A stretch of DNA of 64,000 nt from the NCBI GenBank assembly GCA_963666315.2, contig CAXXHG010000036.1:32001-96000 (forward strand). Direction: 5' to 3'. The notes under the pieces were generated by a model, which was not told the origin of the DNA, did no database searches, and saw only the letters and a program-made list of their open reading frames with translations. The DNA comes from Candidatus Binatia bacterium. Its GTDB lineage: Bacteria > Desulfobacterota > Binatia > Bin18. Shown here piece by piece: positions 51,053-60,238 of the stretch. Made by a program: the position numbers and the translations under genes. Each line of letters begins with the position of its first letter. Position 1 is the first letter of the stretch.

Positions 51053-52201
51053 TCAACAACCCAATTGCCGCGCAATGACCATGCGCTGGACTTCACTGGT
51101 TCCTTCACCAATGGTGAGAATCTTGGAGTCCAGGTAAAAGCGAGAGACGGGCGATTCACGCATATACCCATAGCCACCGTGAATCTGAACGGCTTCTTCT
51201 GCGATTTTGACAGCGATCTCTGACGAAGCCAGCTTCGCCATGGCCGCCTCTTGGGCAAACGGTTTGCCTTGGTCGCGCAAGGTTGCAGCACGGTAGGTCA
51301 TGAGCCGGGCCATCTCCGTCTGGGTGGCCATATCCGCCAGTTTAAACTGTATGGCCTGATGGGAGGCGAGCGGCTTCCCAAAGGTTTTGCGTTCTAAGGC
51401 GTATTTGAGGGACATATCGAGGCAACTTTCGGCCAGCGACAATCCCAGCGTCGCAACCGAAATGCGACCGCATTCCAGCGTCTTCAAAAACGCTCGAAAT
51501 CCGGCGCCTTGTTCGCCTAATAAATTTTCGCGTGGCACCCGGACATTATCAAATACCTGCTCGCGGGTATCGACCGTATGCCAGCCGATTTTCTTGTACG
51601 GCTTACCGACGGTATAGCCGGGCGTGCCCTTGGGAATAATTATCGCGCTGTAGCGCTTCTTCCCATTTTTATCGCTGCCGTTCGATGTCAGCGCCACCAA
51701 CCCATAGCTCAGCGGCGTTCCCGCGTTTGAAATAAAACTCTTGGTGCCATTCACCACCCACTGATCGCCCTCTAGACGAGACGTGGTCATGATATTGGCG
51801 GCGTCAGAACCTGCCTGCGGTTCGGTCAAACCAAACGCGCCTAGGTGTTTGCCTTGGGCTAGAGGCGTCAGCCATTGTTTCTTTTGCTCTTCCGTCCCAA
51901 AGTGCAAATAGGGGAGCGAGCCTATGGTCAAATGAGCCTGTAGCGTCGTGGCAATCGACTGATCAACCTTGCCCAGTTCTTCAATGGCCATCACCATGGC
52001 CATGGTCCCAGCGTTTGTACCGCCGTATTCCTCTGGGATCAGCAGGCCCATAAGCTGCAGATCTGCCAGCTTTTTAAAGACTTCGGTGGGGAAGCATTCG
52101 GCATCAAACCACGCCTCCGCATACGGCGCGATCTCTTTCTTGGCAAAGTCGCGACACAGGTCACGTATCATCACCTGCTCTTCAGATAATTCGAAATCCA
52201 T
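51053..52201 (-). CDS. Acyl-CoA dehydrogenase
   Basis: FGLTEPQAGSD, NGTKSFISN, QIHGGYGY, IGEGTSEVQR. Confidence 0.95.
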   Translation of the reverse strand: MDFELSEEQVMIRDLCRDFAKKEIAPYAEAWFDAECFPTEVFKKLADLQLMGLLIPEEYGGTNAGTMAMVMAIEELGKVDQSIATTLQAHLTIGSLPYLHFGTEEQKKQWLTPLAQGKHLGAFGLTEPQAGSDAANIMTTSRLEGDQWVVNGTKSFISNAGTPLSYGLVALTSNGSDKNGKKRYSAIIIPKGTPGYTVGKPYKKIGWHTVDTREQVFDNVRVPRENLLGEQGAGFRAFLKTLECGRISVATLGLSLAESCLDMSLKYALERKTFGKPLASHQAIQFKLADMATQTEMARLMTYRAATLRDQGKPFAQEAAMAKLASSEIAVKIAEEAVQIHGGYGYMRESPVSRFYLDSKILTIGEGTSEVQRMVIARQLGC

Positions 52202-52440
52202 ACCTGCCTCACTTCAATATTGAGTAATATTTTCAACACACTGAGAACCTTGGCATCTTGGCTGTGCTCCTGAAGATTGTCAAGCAGAAACACCTCTCTT
52301 TATGTGGTCATAGACGGACAGCACGCGGGACTATAATAAGCCTCTTGGAAAGAGGCAAGACTCGTCTCACTTGTCCCCTCTTGAGGGGGGATCAAATACG
52401 GAGTCGGCCCAACCCTCTGACGTCATGAGAGGAGAATTCT

Positions 52441-53393
52441 ATGACCCGCCCAATTCAATTCGGTCTCTTCCAGCCTCAAGTTGATTTACCCTTTTCTTTA
52501 CTCAAAGAACGCGCACTCGCCTGCCAAGAGTATGGTTTTCACTCCATTTGGTTCACCGATCATATGTGGGCACGCGGAATGAAACAGGTCGACTTCTTAG
52601 AAGGCTGGACGGTGATGTCGGCTATGGCCATGGTCACCAGCAAGATCCGAATCGGCGGCTTAGTATTGTGCAATTCTTATCGCAATCCCGCCTTCCTGGC
52701 CAAAATGGCAGCGAGCCTAGATAACATCAGTGAAGGCAGACTGGAAATCGGTCTGGGTGCGGGCTGGATGAATGAGGAATATGAGGCGTACGGCTATCCT
52801 TTTCCGTCTGGTGGGACCCGAGCGGATCAGCTCAAGGAAGGTGTCGAAATCCTGAAAAAAATGTTTACCGAAGATGCCGCGACTTACAGCGGTAAGTACT
52901 ACAAGATCGTTGCCGCCCACTGTAACCCCAAACCAATCCAGAAACCCTACCCGCCCATCACTATTGGTGCTATGGCCGAAAAAAAGGGCCTCAAGATCGT
53001 AGCCGAACACGCCGACCGTTGGAATTGCCCGGCGGCGGCCGCGCATCGAATCGAACAAAAATGGGGCTTGATTACCGACCATTGCAAAACAATCGGACGC
53101 AACCCGGCAGAGATAGAAATCTCAGAGCAGACGCTCGTTGTCCTGGGCAAAGACAAGCCGGATTTCGAGCGTAAATATCCAACCGCAAAAAAACGTTGGG
53201 ACGATTAGCGGATTTAGAAAAATGTGGCGTATGTGGTGACCCGGCTGGCGTCATCGATAGCCTGAGGAAGAAGAACAAAAAAGGCGTGACTCTGTTCACC
53301 CTGATGTTCAGCGACATGGCTCAGGATGACTTTCTCGCGACCTTACAGGTCTTTGCGAATGAGGTCATGCCCGCGTTTCGGTACAGGCTATGA
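52441..53393 (+). pseudogene. Luciferase-like (possibly F420-dependent) oxidoreductase with a frameshift in A7 (real or sequencing error)
   Basis: WFTDH, YRNPAFLAKMA, GLGAGW..E. One extra A at 53187-53193 joins 52441..53208 to 53196..53393 (TAKKTLGRLAD..FANEVMP). Confidence 0.8.
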
Positions 53394-53836
53394 GCCAAGA
53401 CACCAAATCTTTTAATGATTTTGAGATCGGCGACGAGATTGGTCCGGTCACCAAGACGCCGACCACGGCACAGGTGCTGCAATACGCGGAGGTCGCCCAC
53501 ATTCAAGGGCTCAAGTTCTTCTTCCATAAGAAAGCTGCCGAACAGGCCGGCTTAACAAAGCCCATTGTCCCCGGACCACTGAATACCACCTATTTGTGTC
53601 AGATGCTGAAAGACTTTTTTGTGGGCTGGCGTCTGCGTACGCTGAACACAACCTTCCGGACTCCCATTCGGCATGGGGAAACAATCTCGCTGTGGGGTAT
53701 GATTACGGAGAAAAACGAAGAAGACGGCGTGCCGACCGTGTACTGCGACTTAGTCGTCGAAAACGAGCAAGGCGAACGCGCCATTACCGGCACGGCGGTT
53801 ATGGTTCAGCAGACGCCTCGACCTGCTTCGAACTGA
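53390..53836 (+). CDS. MaoC-like hot-dog dehydratase
   Basis: FEIGDEIGP, AEQAGL..PIVPG, FRTPIRHGE. Confidence 0.8.
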   Translation: MSQDTKSFNDFEIGDEIGPVTKTPTTAQVLQYAEVAHIQGLKFFFHKKAAEQAGLTKPIVPGPLNTTYLCQMLKDFFVGWRLRTLNTTFRTPIRHGETISLWGMITEKNEEDGVPTVYCDLVVENEQGERAITGTAVMVQQTPRPASN

Positions 53837-53859
53837 TGCCCCTTCCCCCACGGCTGACA

Positions 53860-54939
53860 CTATTTCATCATTTCATCTTGCTTGATCACTGCTTTGGCAA
53901 ACGCCTCAATTGTTTCGCGTGCATCCGCCACAGGCTGGACCGCGACTTGATTAATGCCGGCCTTCTTCATAGCCTGGACGGACTCTAATACTTCCTCTTT
54001 TGTTCCCGTCAATGTCGTGGCTCGAATCATCTTCTCGGTTACCAGTGGTTCGTGCTCTTTCTTAAAGCCTTGCAGATAGCCCTCGTAGAGTTTGAGGTGG
54101 CGCGTTTCGATAGAACCCTGCAGGCGCACGATAGGCGTTTTTGAAAGGCCATCAAGGTCATCACGCAAATCAGCGGGCAGGTCCTGCGGGTCGGGACATG
54201 AGAAGGCAAAAATATTACTCGACGAGGAGACAAACGGGCCGACGGCCTTGCGCACCCGAGACGTTTCCAATTTTTCGCCTTTTTTGGTGAGATGAAAAGC
54301 CGTCATACACAGGGTGTAAATCCGCTTGGGATTACGCCCTGCCCGCTCGGCCCCCGTTCGAATATGATTCATGGCGAATTCAATTAAACTTGGACTGACC
54401 GTCCCAAACAGAATAATCCCATCGGCAATTTCACCAGCTAATTCCAGCGTCTTTGGACCACTGGCGGCAACATAAATGGGAACTTTTTTCTTAATATTGA
54501 TCCAGCCGCCTTTGGGGTTGAGGAATTTAATCATGCGCCGTCGATCACCTTCCTGATACCACGTGGTATTCCCCGCTAAGAGTTCACGGCAAATTTCGAC
54601 GTGTTCACGCATCTGCGCCAACCGAGCGGCAGGCATACCAAGGGTCCGTCGGGCCGTATTGCCGGTCCCGATTCCAAGTATGGTCCGGCCGGGGGCGAGT
54701 TCGTTAATCGAAGCAATTGAGCAGGCCGTAACAGGCGCGATGCGCGAGGCCGGATTGGTCACGCCTGGGCCGAGTTTAATCTTCTTGGTATTGACGGCAC
54801 ACAGGGCGAGCGAGGCATACACATCGCTACACAGCATCTGAGAGTCATACAGCCAGGCGTGCGTATAGCCGCGCTTTTCAGCCAGCCTGACATCTTTATA
54901 AACATGCACCCCGCTAAAAAAAACATAACCATAGTCCAT
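53860..54939 (-). CDS. Luciferase-like (Mer-type) oxidoreductase
   Basis: AWLYDSQ, GPGVTNP, GIGTG, AASGPKTLELAGEIADG. Confidence 0.9.
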   Translation of the reverse strand: MDYGYVFFSGVHVYKDVRLAEKRGYTHAWLYDSQMLCSDVYASLALCAVNTKKIKLGPGVTNPASRIAPVTACSIASINELAPGRTILGIGTGNTARRTLGMPAARLAQMREHVEICRELLAGNTTWYQEGDRRRMIKFLNPKGGWINIKKKVPIYVAASGPKTLELAGEIADGIILFGTVSPSLIEFAMNHIRTGAERAGRNPKRIYTLCMTAFHLTKKGEKLETSRVRKAVGPFVSSSSNIFAFSCPDPQDLPADLRDDLDGLSKTPIVRLQGSIETRHLKLYEGYLQGFKKEHEPLVTEKMIRATTLTGTKEEVLESVQAMKKAGINQVAVQPVADARETIEAFAKAVIKQDEMMK

Positions 54940-54951
54940 GATTGCCTCCCC

Positions 54952-56325
54952 CTAGAGCGATTGTGTAAAGTTGTACATGTCTCTTTCGCTCTCAAGTTGT
55001 TTGACTGCATGATAGACACGCTCTACTCGGGGCGCGTCCCAGACCGATTTCACCAAATCTCTATATTTATCCGTCAGTTGATCCCACGACAGCGGATTCT
55101 CCGGATCACCTTTGGGAAAACGGACCTGAGCAGAAACCTCGCGTCCGTCCTGGAGCTTGACCTTAGCCCAAGCCGGCCACTCCTTGGGATAGTTGTGTTC
55201 CAAGGCAGGATCACGTTCATAGTCTACCTTCGCCATGAGCGCGCCGATTTCCGCATCGTGGAGCATGGTTTCAGTAAATTCATCTAAGCCCGCCCGCCGC
55301 TTTGCCAACGCCACAGCCACACCAAACGGCAGACTGAACTGCGCCTCAACCACATTCGTCGGTCGGGATTTGCGGTCGGCGGGTTCGCAGATCACTGGGA
55401 TGCCGGTCTCCAGCATGCCTATGGTGATTTGCTCAACCTGCTGGGGCTGGATGTCGTACTCATGCGCGACTTTCAGGACAGCATCGATGGGCGCCTGGGT
55501 ATAGCGACAGCAGGCGTGTGGCTTGACCGCGGTTTGAAGAATCTGGAAATCGTCACCTAAGCCCTGTGTAATTTTGCTAGGATCAGGATTGACTGCATAG
55601 GCTTTCAGAAAGCCACCTCGGCCCTCGAGTATCGTAGTCGGGCCAATAAAACCTTCTTTTGCCAAAAGCGCGGCATGCAGCCCACTAAACGCCGCCCAGC
55701 CCGGATGGAAGCGCTTGGTCCAGGCACCTGCGGTCAGAAACTCCATCGATCCGGCTGACTGGCTGCCGGCAATACCCAAAGCGGAAAGGAACTGCGGCTC
55801 GTCGAGATGCAGCAGCCTGGCTGCACTGGCCGCAGCACCAAAGGTGCCGCAGGTGGCAGTGGGATGAAAACCGCGCGCATAGTGATCTGCGGGCTTGAGC
55901 GCCATGGCAAGCCGCGCAGCAACCTCAAAGCCGGCCACAGTCGCCGTAAGAAATTCTTTACCACTTGCCCCAAGAGACTCGGCCATGGCCAAGGCCGCAG
56001 AAAAGACCGACACTCCGAGATGGATTGAGCCGCCTTGGTGGGTGTCATCCAATTCCAAACTGTGCGCCGCAGTCCCATTGGTCAAAGCCGCATAGGGCAA
56101 GGTCGTTTTTTGCGTACGGCCTAAGACTGTCCCAGAGCCCTCAGGAGCCAGGGTTTGGGCAATCCGGTAGAGCGGCTGGCTGGAATCAGACAGCGATCCA
56201 CGTATGGCAACACCCAGATAATCGAGGAAAAAATACTTGGCCCGGTCAACGACTTCCGGCGGGAGGGCCTCGTATTGCAGTTCAGCACAAAATGAAGCGA
56301 GATAACGGGTTAAGGGGATTTCCAT
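54952..56325 (-). CDS. MmgE/PrpD family protein
   Basis: AHSLELDDTH, GFHPT, KPHACC, AQFSLPF, PKGDPENP. Confidence 0.93.
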   Translation of the reverse strand: MEIPLTRYLASFCAELQYEALPPEVVDRAKYFFLDYLGVAIRGSLSDSSQPLYRIAQTLAPEGSGTVLGRTQKTTLPYAALTNGTAAHSLELDDTHQGGSIHLGVSVFSAALAMAESLGASGKEFLTATVAGFEVAARLAMALKPADHYARGFHPTATCGTFGAAASAARLLHLDEPQFLSALGIAGSQSAGSMEFLTAGAWTKRFHPGWAAFSGLHAALLAKEGFIGPTTILEGRGGFLKAYAVNPDPSKITQGLGDDFQILQTAVKPHACCRYTQAPIDAVLKVAHEYDIQPQQVEQITIGMLETGIPVICEPADRKSRPTNVVEAQFSLPFGVAVALAKRRAGLDEFTETMLHDAEIGALMAKVDYERDPALEHNYPKEWPAWAKVKLQDGREVSAQVRFPKGDPENPLSWDQLTDKYRDLVKSVWDAPRVERVYHAVKQLESERDMYNFTQSL

Positions 56326-56379
56326 AGCTTGAGCCCCGTATCGGGAACTCCATAGTCTAAGTCTCTGTCGCGTTTTACG

Positions 56380-56463
56380 TGCCTATCGACTGTGTCACCC
56401 TGAGCAACGCGAAGGGTCTCTCTGAGAGATTCTTAGCATCCGCTCAGAATGACAGGAATAGGC
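56380..56463. repeat. REP-like element (TGTCACCCTGAGC..GCGAAG..AGATTCT..GCTCAGAATGACA)
   Basis: Inverted ends; related to the core of 33595-33753. Confidence 0.7.
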
Positions 56464-56503
56464 GAAAGAAATAAACCCCAGGAACGCAACCGATATCGAA
56501 TTC

Positions 56504-57517
56504 CTATAACTTCGGAATCACCTTCTCACCAAACGTCCGTATGGCTTGCAACGTCTTCTCATGTGACGGACCGCCCGGCTGGCGGAAGCGAAGAATCAAA
56601 TAATCCGGCTGAATCGCTTCTTTCCACATTTGAAGCTGATCCAAACAGTCCTCCGGCGAGCCCACAATGAGCCGTTCTTTGGCCGCCTTCTCAAACGTCA
56701 ACTCCTCAGGAGTCTTCACATCTTTGATGTGTTCATCCGGGACGTAAGCGTCATACTCGAAATAAAAGCGGTGCGTATACATAGTCGGCTCGCTGGCGGC
56801 TTCGGCTGCGGCCATGCTGTCGGCAACGATCGCGTCACGCATCAAACAGATATACGGCTTGCGTCCAGCCTTTTCTGCGGCGGCGCGGTAGAGCGAGGCA
56901 TAGTCTTTAATGACGCTCAGGCTCTGCACTGGATCAGCAATCCAGCCATCCGCCAGCCGCCCTGCTCGGCGCAGGCCAATCGGCGTCCAGGACGCCATCC
57001 ATATTGGCGGGCCCGGCTTCTGGATGGGACCTGGAGTAATCAGGGTGTCCTTGTATTGAAAATGTTTGCCGTCAAAAGAGAAGCGCTCACCTGCCCAACT
57101 CTTACGGATAATCTCAATCCCTTCTTCAGTTCGAGACGCACGTTCGGTCACGGGTATCCCAAACGCATCAAAGTCGTGCGGCTGATAGCCCACGCCGATG
57201 CTCAGCACCAGCCGGCCCTTGGTAGCCTGGTCAATCACGGCGCAGTCTTCCGCAACGTGAACAGGATGATGCAGCGGCATGAGCAACACACACGTGCCGA
57301 CCTTGATCCGCTCAGTCTTCATGCCTACGAGTCCGGCCAATAGCAGCGGGTTGGGCAGATAGCCGTCTTCCTGCTGGTGGTGTTCGGTAATAAAGCAGCC
57401 GTCCCAGCCACTGGCCTCGGCCGCTTGAGCTTCGGCAACGATTTCGTCTATCACCGTAGCCATATTCGCCCCGGACGGGGGATCTTGAGTGCAGGGTAGA
57501 TAGCCAATTGGTAGCAT
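56504..57517 (-). CDS. Luciferase-like flavin-dependent oxidoreductase
   Basis: FITEHH, HPVHVAED, GVGY, RAGRLADG. Confidence 0.92.
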   Translation of the reverse strand: MLPIGYLPCTQDPPSGANMATVIDEIVAEAQAAEASGWDGCFITEHHQQEDGYLPNPLLLAGLVGMKTERIKVGTCVLLMPLHHPVHVAEDCAVIDQATKGRLVLSIGVGYQPHDFDAFGIPVTERASRTEEGIEIIRKSWAGERFSFDGKHFQYKDTLITPGPIQKPGPPIWMASWTPIGLRRAGRLADGWIADPVQSLSVIKDYASLYRAAAEKAGRKPYICLMRDAIVADSMAAAEAASEPTMYTHRFYFEYDAYVPDEHIKDVKTPEELTFEKAAKERLIVGSPEDCLDQLQMWKEAIQPDYLILRFRQPGGPSHEKTLQAIRTFGEKVIPKL

Positions 57518-58057
57518 ACACATTCTCCTTTATCCGGCAGATCGGTGTGCTGCCGTTAAAGCAAAAACACGAAAAAGTGTCTATTGCCCCGAGTTTTTCC
57601 AATGCTGACTCTTTTCCTATATAAGGATTCAGGACTCTCCGACAGCGCACTAGATTCCACACCCCATACGGCGGAGCCGCTGGGTCTAGAGAAAACCACC
57701 CACCCGAGCCGAACCATTGCCGGGTGTCGCTCGTATAGTCCGTGCAGAAAATATTTTTGAGGAGGAACCCGACAGATGCTCCTACTCTCATTCTTGAGCC
57801 ACACACTTGTGCTTACGCGGATCTCATTCATAAGTCCACCGGCTCACAGCACTCCTTCCGCGTCCTGGACGACGAACCATTCGTGTTTGCTGTGGTTCTG
57901 TACGGCGGCTTTCAGCTTGTCACTAGCTAAGCGGTGTGATCTTTTTGCTACGTATGTATTTGGTAGTGTGGCTTTTCGCCACAGCGCCTCGCCATATTTG
58001 CTACCTCAAGTACACCAGAATGTATACTCAGTTGACTCGTCGAGAGCTCCTTTCGTC

Positions 58058-58110
58058 ATGGATAGGAATGGATGGGAATGGATCGGAATGAATGGGCATG
58101 AACGGGACGC
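58058..58110 (+). repeat. Tandem 10-bp array (consensus GATNGGAATG), five copies
   Basis: GATAGGAATG GATGGGAATG GATCGGAATG AATGGGCATG AACGGGACGC. Confidence 0.8.
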
Positions 58111-58234
58111 TTCAACCTCAACTCCGCTGGAATTCGAGGTGTGGTAAGAAGCAAAACACAAAAGCACTGAAATAGTTGGTACGCTCCTTGCATCCTTAAT
58201 TCTTAATAGAGAAACCAAAAAGGGGCCTTTCAGC

Positions 58235-58432
58235 ATGACCTCGCAACCGACCTCAACCTTGCTCAAGCTTGTCAGAACGGTGAACGCATACACTGCCGAT
58301 GATCAGGAAGTGGTCGCGACGGTCACCTATCTTGTAAACAGCGGGAAAGTCCGTTTAGGCGGCATTTTCGCGGGAGCCCACATTGGTCCGACCGCCGACG
58401 CAATCGAGTACCACTTGCTACCAAACGGTTGA
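58235..58432 (+). CDS. Small hypothetical protein
   Basis: STLLKLV..DQEVVATVTYLVNSGKVRL; protein-like amphipathic pattern. Confidence 0.6.
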   Translation: MTSQPTSTLLKLVRTVNAYTADDQEVVATVTYLVNSGKVRLGGIFAGAHIGPTADAIEYHLLPNG

Positions 58433-58522
58433 GACCAGCCGGGCGCCAGACGGAAACGGCAACCAGTTGGTCCAGAGGGGCCTCTTCTTCATCAACTCTG
58501 GGGGTAAGGAAAATCGCTATTC

Positions 58523-58948
58523 TCAGGATGACCTTGCTGGACCTATGAACGGCGATTTGACCTCTGTCAGCGTCAGAATCTTCCAGACTCCTCCGTCCTG
58601 GCGAAAAGTATAGAAATAGCTTCCCTGTTCTAATTGTGATCCGTCGGCCTTATAGCGAACGAGATCAGCACTGCCAGCGGCCGTTGTTTCCGACAACGGC
58701 CAGACCTCAATCTGGTCAACCTCAGTATGATCCCAGCCTCGACTTTGAATAGAAACCATTATTTCCTGATAGAAACGTTGTTGGTCTGATTCTTTGGTAT
58801 GAACGACCATACCCTGCTCACCGCTTAAGATCGCATTCGGATAGCAGAATGAACGCAGATAGAGATCCGTATCTTCCCGGTTAAATCCGTCGATAAAGCT
58901 CCGATAGAATGTTGCCACATCTTGAATAATCCTCTCGGTGTCGGCCAT
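58523..58948 (-). CDS. NTF2-like protein
   Basis: RBS GAGGAG; FYRSFIDGFN, RGWDHT, VRYKADGS, WKI. Confidence 0.75.
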   Translation of the reverse strand: MADTERIIQDVATFYRSFIDGFNREDTDLYLRSFCYPNAILSGEQGMVVHTKESDQQRFYQEIMVSIQSRGWDHTEVDQIEVWPLSETTAAGSADLVRYKADGSQLEQGSYFYTFRQDGGVWKILTLTEVKSPFIGPARSS

Positions 58949-59327
58949 TTGTTTCTCCTCACAATACGTTAAAGAATTGGTCCACCGGACAGCCGGTCGT
59001 CTGCCCAAAGCCCTCTTGCACCTAGACACGGTGCGGCTCACTGTATCTCGCCGCTTGCCCTGAGATCAAGACAACGACTGCTATCCCGAGGCCAATCTTA
59101 ACACAGAACAAACCACAAACTAGGTATAAAGCCAAAATGGTCTTATATAGGTAGAATAGCCTTGATAAATACGCTGTATCCATCCGAATAATAAACGTAG
59201 GCAGTGACAAAAGCGACATTGTACTTCTCCTGGATAAAGTTTATAAGGAAGGAAAAAAGTAATGCAGGCGTTTAGTATATACTAACATAGAGCAGAAATT
59301 TACAGAAAAAGTAGGGAGGATATTCAT

Positions 59328-60176
59328 ATGGCACAGAATCAGAATGAAGAACTAGAGCAGCTCTCTGCTGAAAAAGAGCGCTATCGAGTCATTGCTGAAC
59401 TCACCTCAGATTACGCATATACCTTACGCGCAGAGTCTGAAACGAAAGTCGTTCTAGACTGGGCGAATGGGGCTTATTCGCGTTTGACCGGACTGGGCGA
59501 GACAGACCTACATCGCGGCGTCACGCAGGCGCGCTGGATCAGAACGGCTCACACTACGGATCGCGCCTCTATGCAGAAGCGTATGGACACGCTGCTTTCC
59601 GGCGAATCCATCACGACAGAGTATAAAATCGTGAGCAAGACCGGAGAGACGCGCTGGCTGCGAGATATTGGACGGCCGATTCTTGACGACGACGGACGGG
59701 TGATACGGATTTATTGCGCTGCCCAAGACATTACGGAGGACATGCGTAAGGCAGAACTCATTGACGACCGCACCCTTGATCCTAAGGCATTATGCGGCAA
59801 CCTGCGGAAATTTCGCCACAAGCTGAAACTCAGCCAGAAAGTCTTTGGCAAAACCTTCGGCGAATACAGCCAACGGCAGATCACCAGCTATGAAACCGGC
59901 GAATCGGAAATCCCTCTCGGCCTCTTGCTTCGCATTCGCGATGCAGGCTATCCACTCGACGTCGTCCTGGGTGAAGGCAAGACTACTGCGCTTGATCAGG
60001 TCGTGGGTTATCTGGCTGCCAGCGCGCGGGCGCATGACAAGGCCCGCCAATCGGCTCAGTCTATCTGTGATATGCTTGCCAATGAGTGCGACACGATTAA
60101 AGAAATCATGCGGGAATTAGGCCTTCCTGACGATTTGAAGAACGGCGCGCGCATGCGTCGCCGCCGCCCTGCCTAA
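59328..60176 (+). CDS. PAS domain plus XRE-type HTH regulator
   Basis: PAS/PAC (RYRVIAE..EYKIVSKTGETRWLRD..QDITE) followed by LRKFRHKLKLSQKVFG..ITSYETGE. Confidence 0.82.
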   Translation: MAQNQNEELEQLSAEKERYRVIAELTSDYAYTLRAESETKVVLDWANGAYSRLTGLGETDLHRGVTQARWIRTAHTTDRASMQKRMDTLLSGESITTEYKIVSKTGETRWLRDIGRPILDDDGRVIRIYCAAQDITEDMRKAELIDDRTLDPKALCGNLRKFRHKLKLSQKVFGKTFGEYSQRQITSYETGESEIPLGLLLRIRDAGYPLDVVLGEGKTTALDQVVGYLAASARAHDKARQSAQSICDMLANECDTIKEIMRELGLPDDLKNGARMRRRRPA

Positions 60177-60238
60177 GCGGCGCGTAAACGGCTACACGGA
60201 CGACGGGGAACCGTCGTCCGTGTCTTTCATGCCTGGTC

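Noticed and set aside
53187-53193. Programmed -1 frameshift at A-AAA-AAA
   Set aside because: No clear stimulatory structure, no precedent I know of in LLM genes, and similar short runs occur elsewhere; error or decay is simpler.
58058-58110. Possible CRISPR array
   Set aside because: Units are 10 bp with no spacers, and there are no cas genes.
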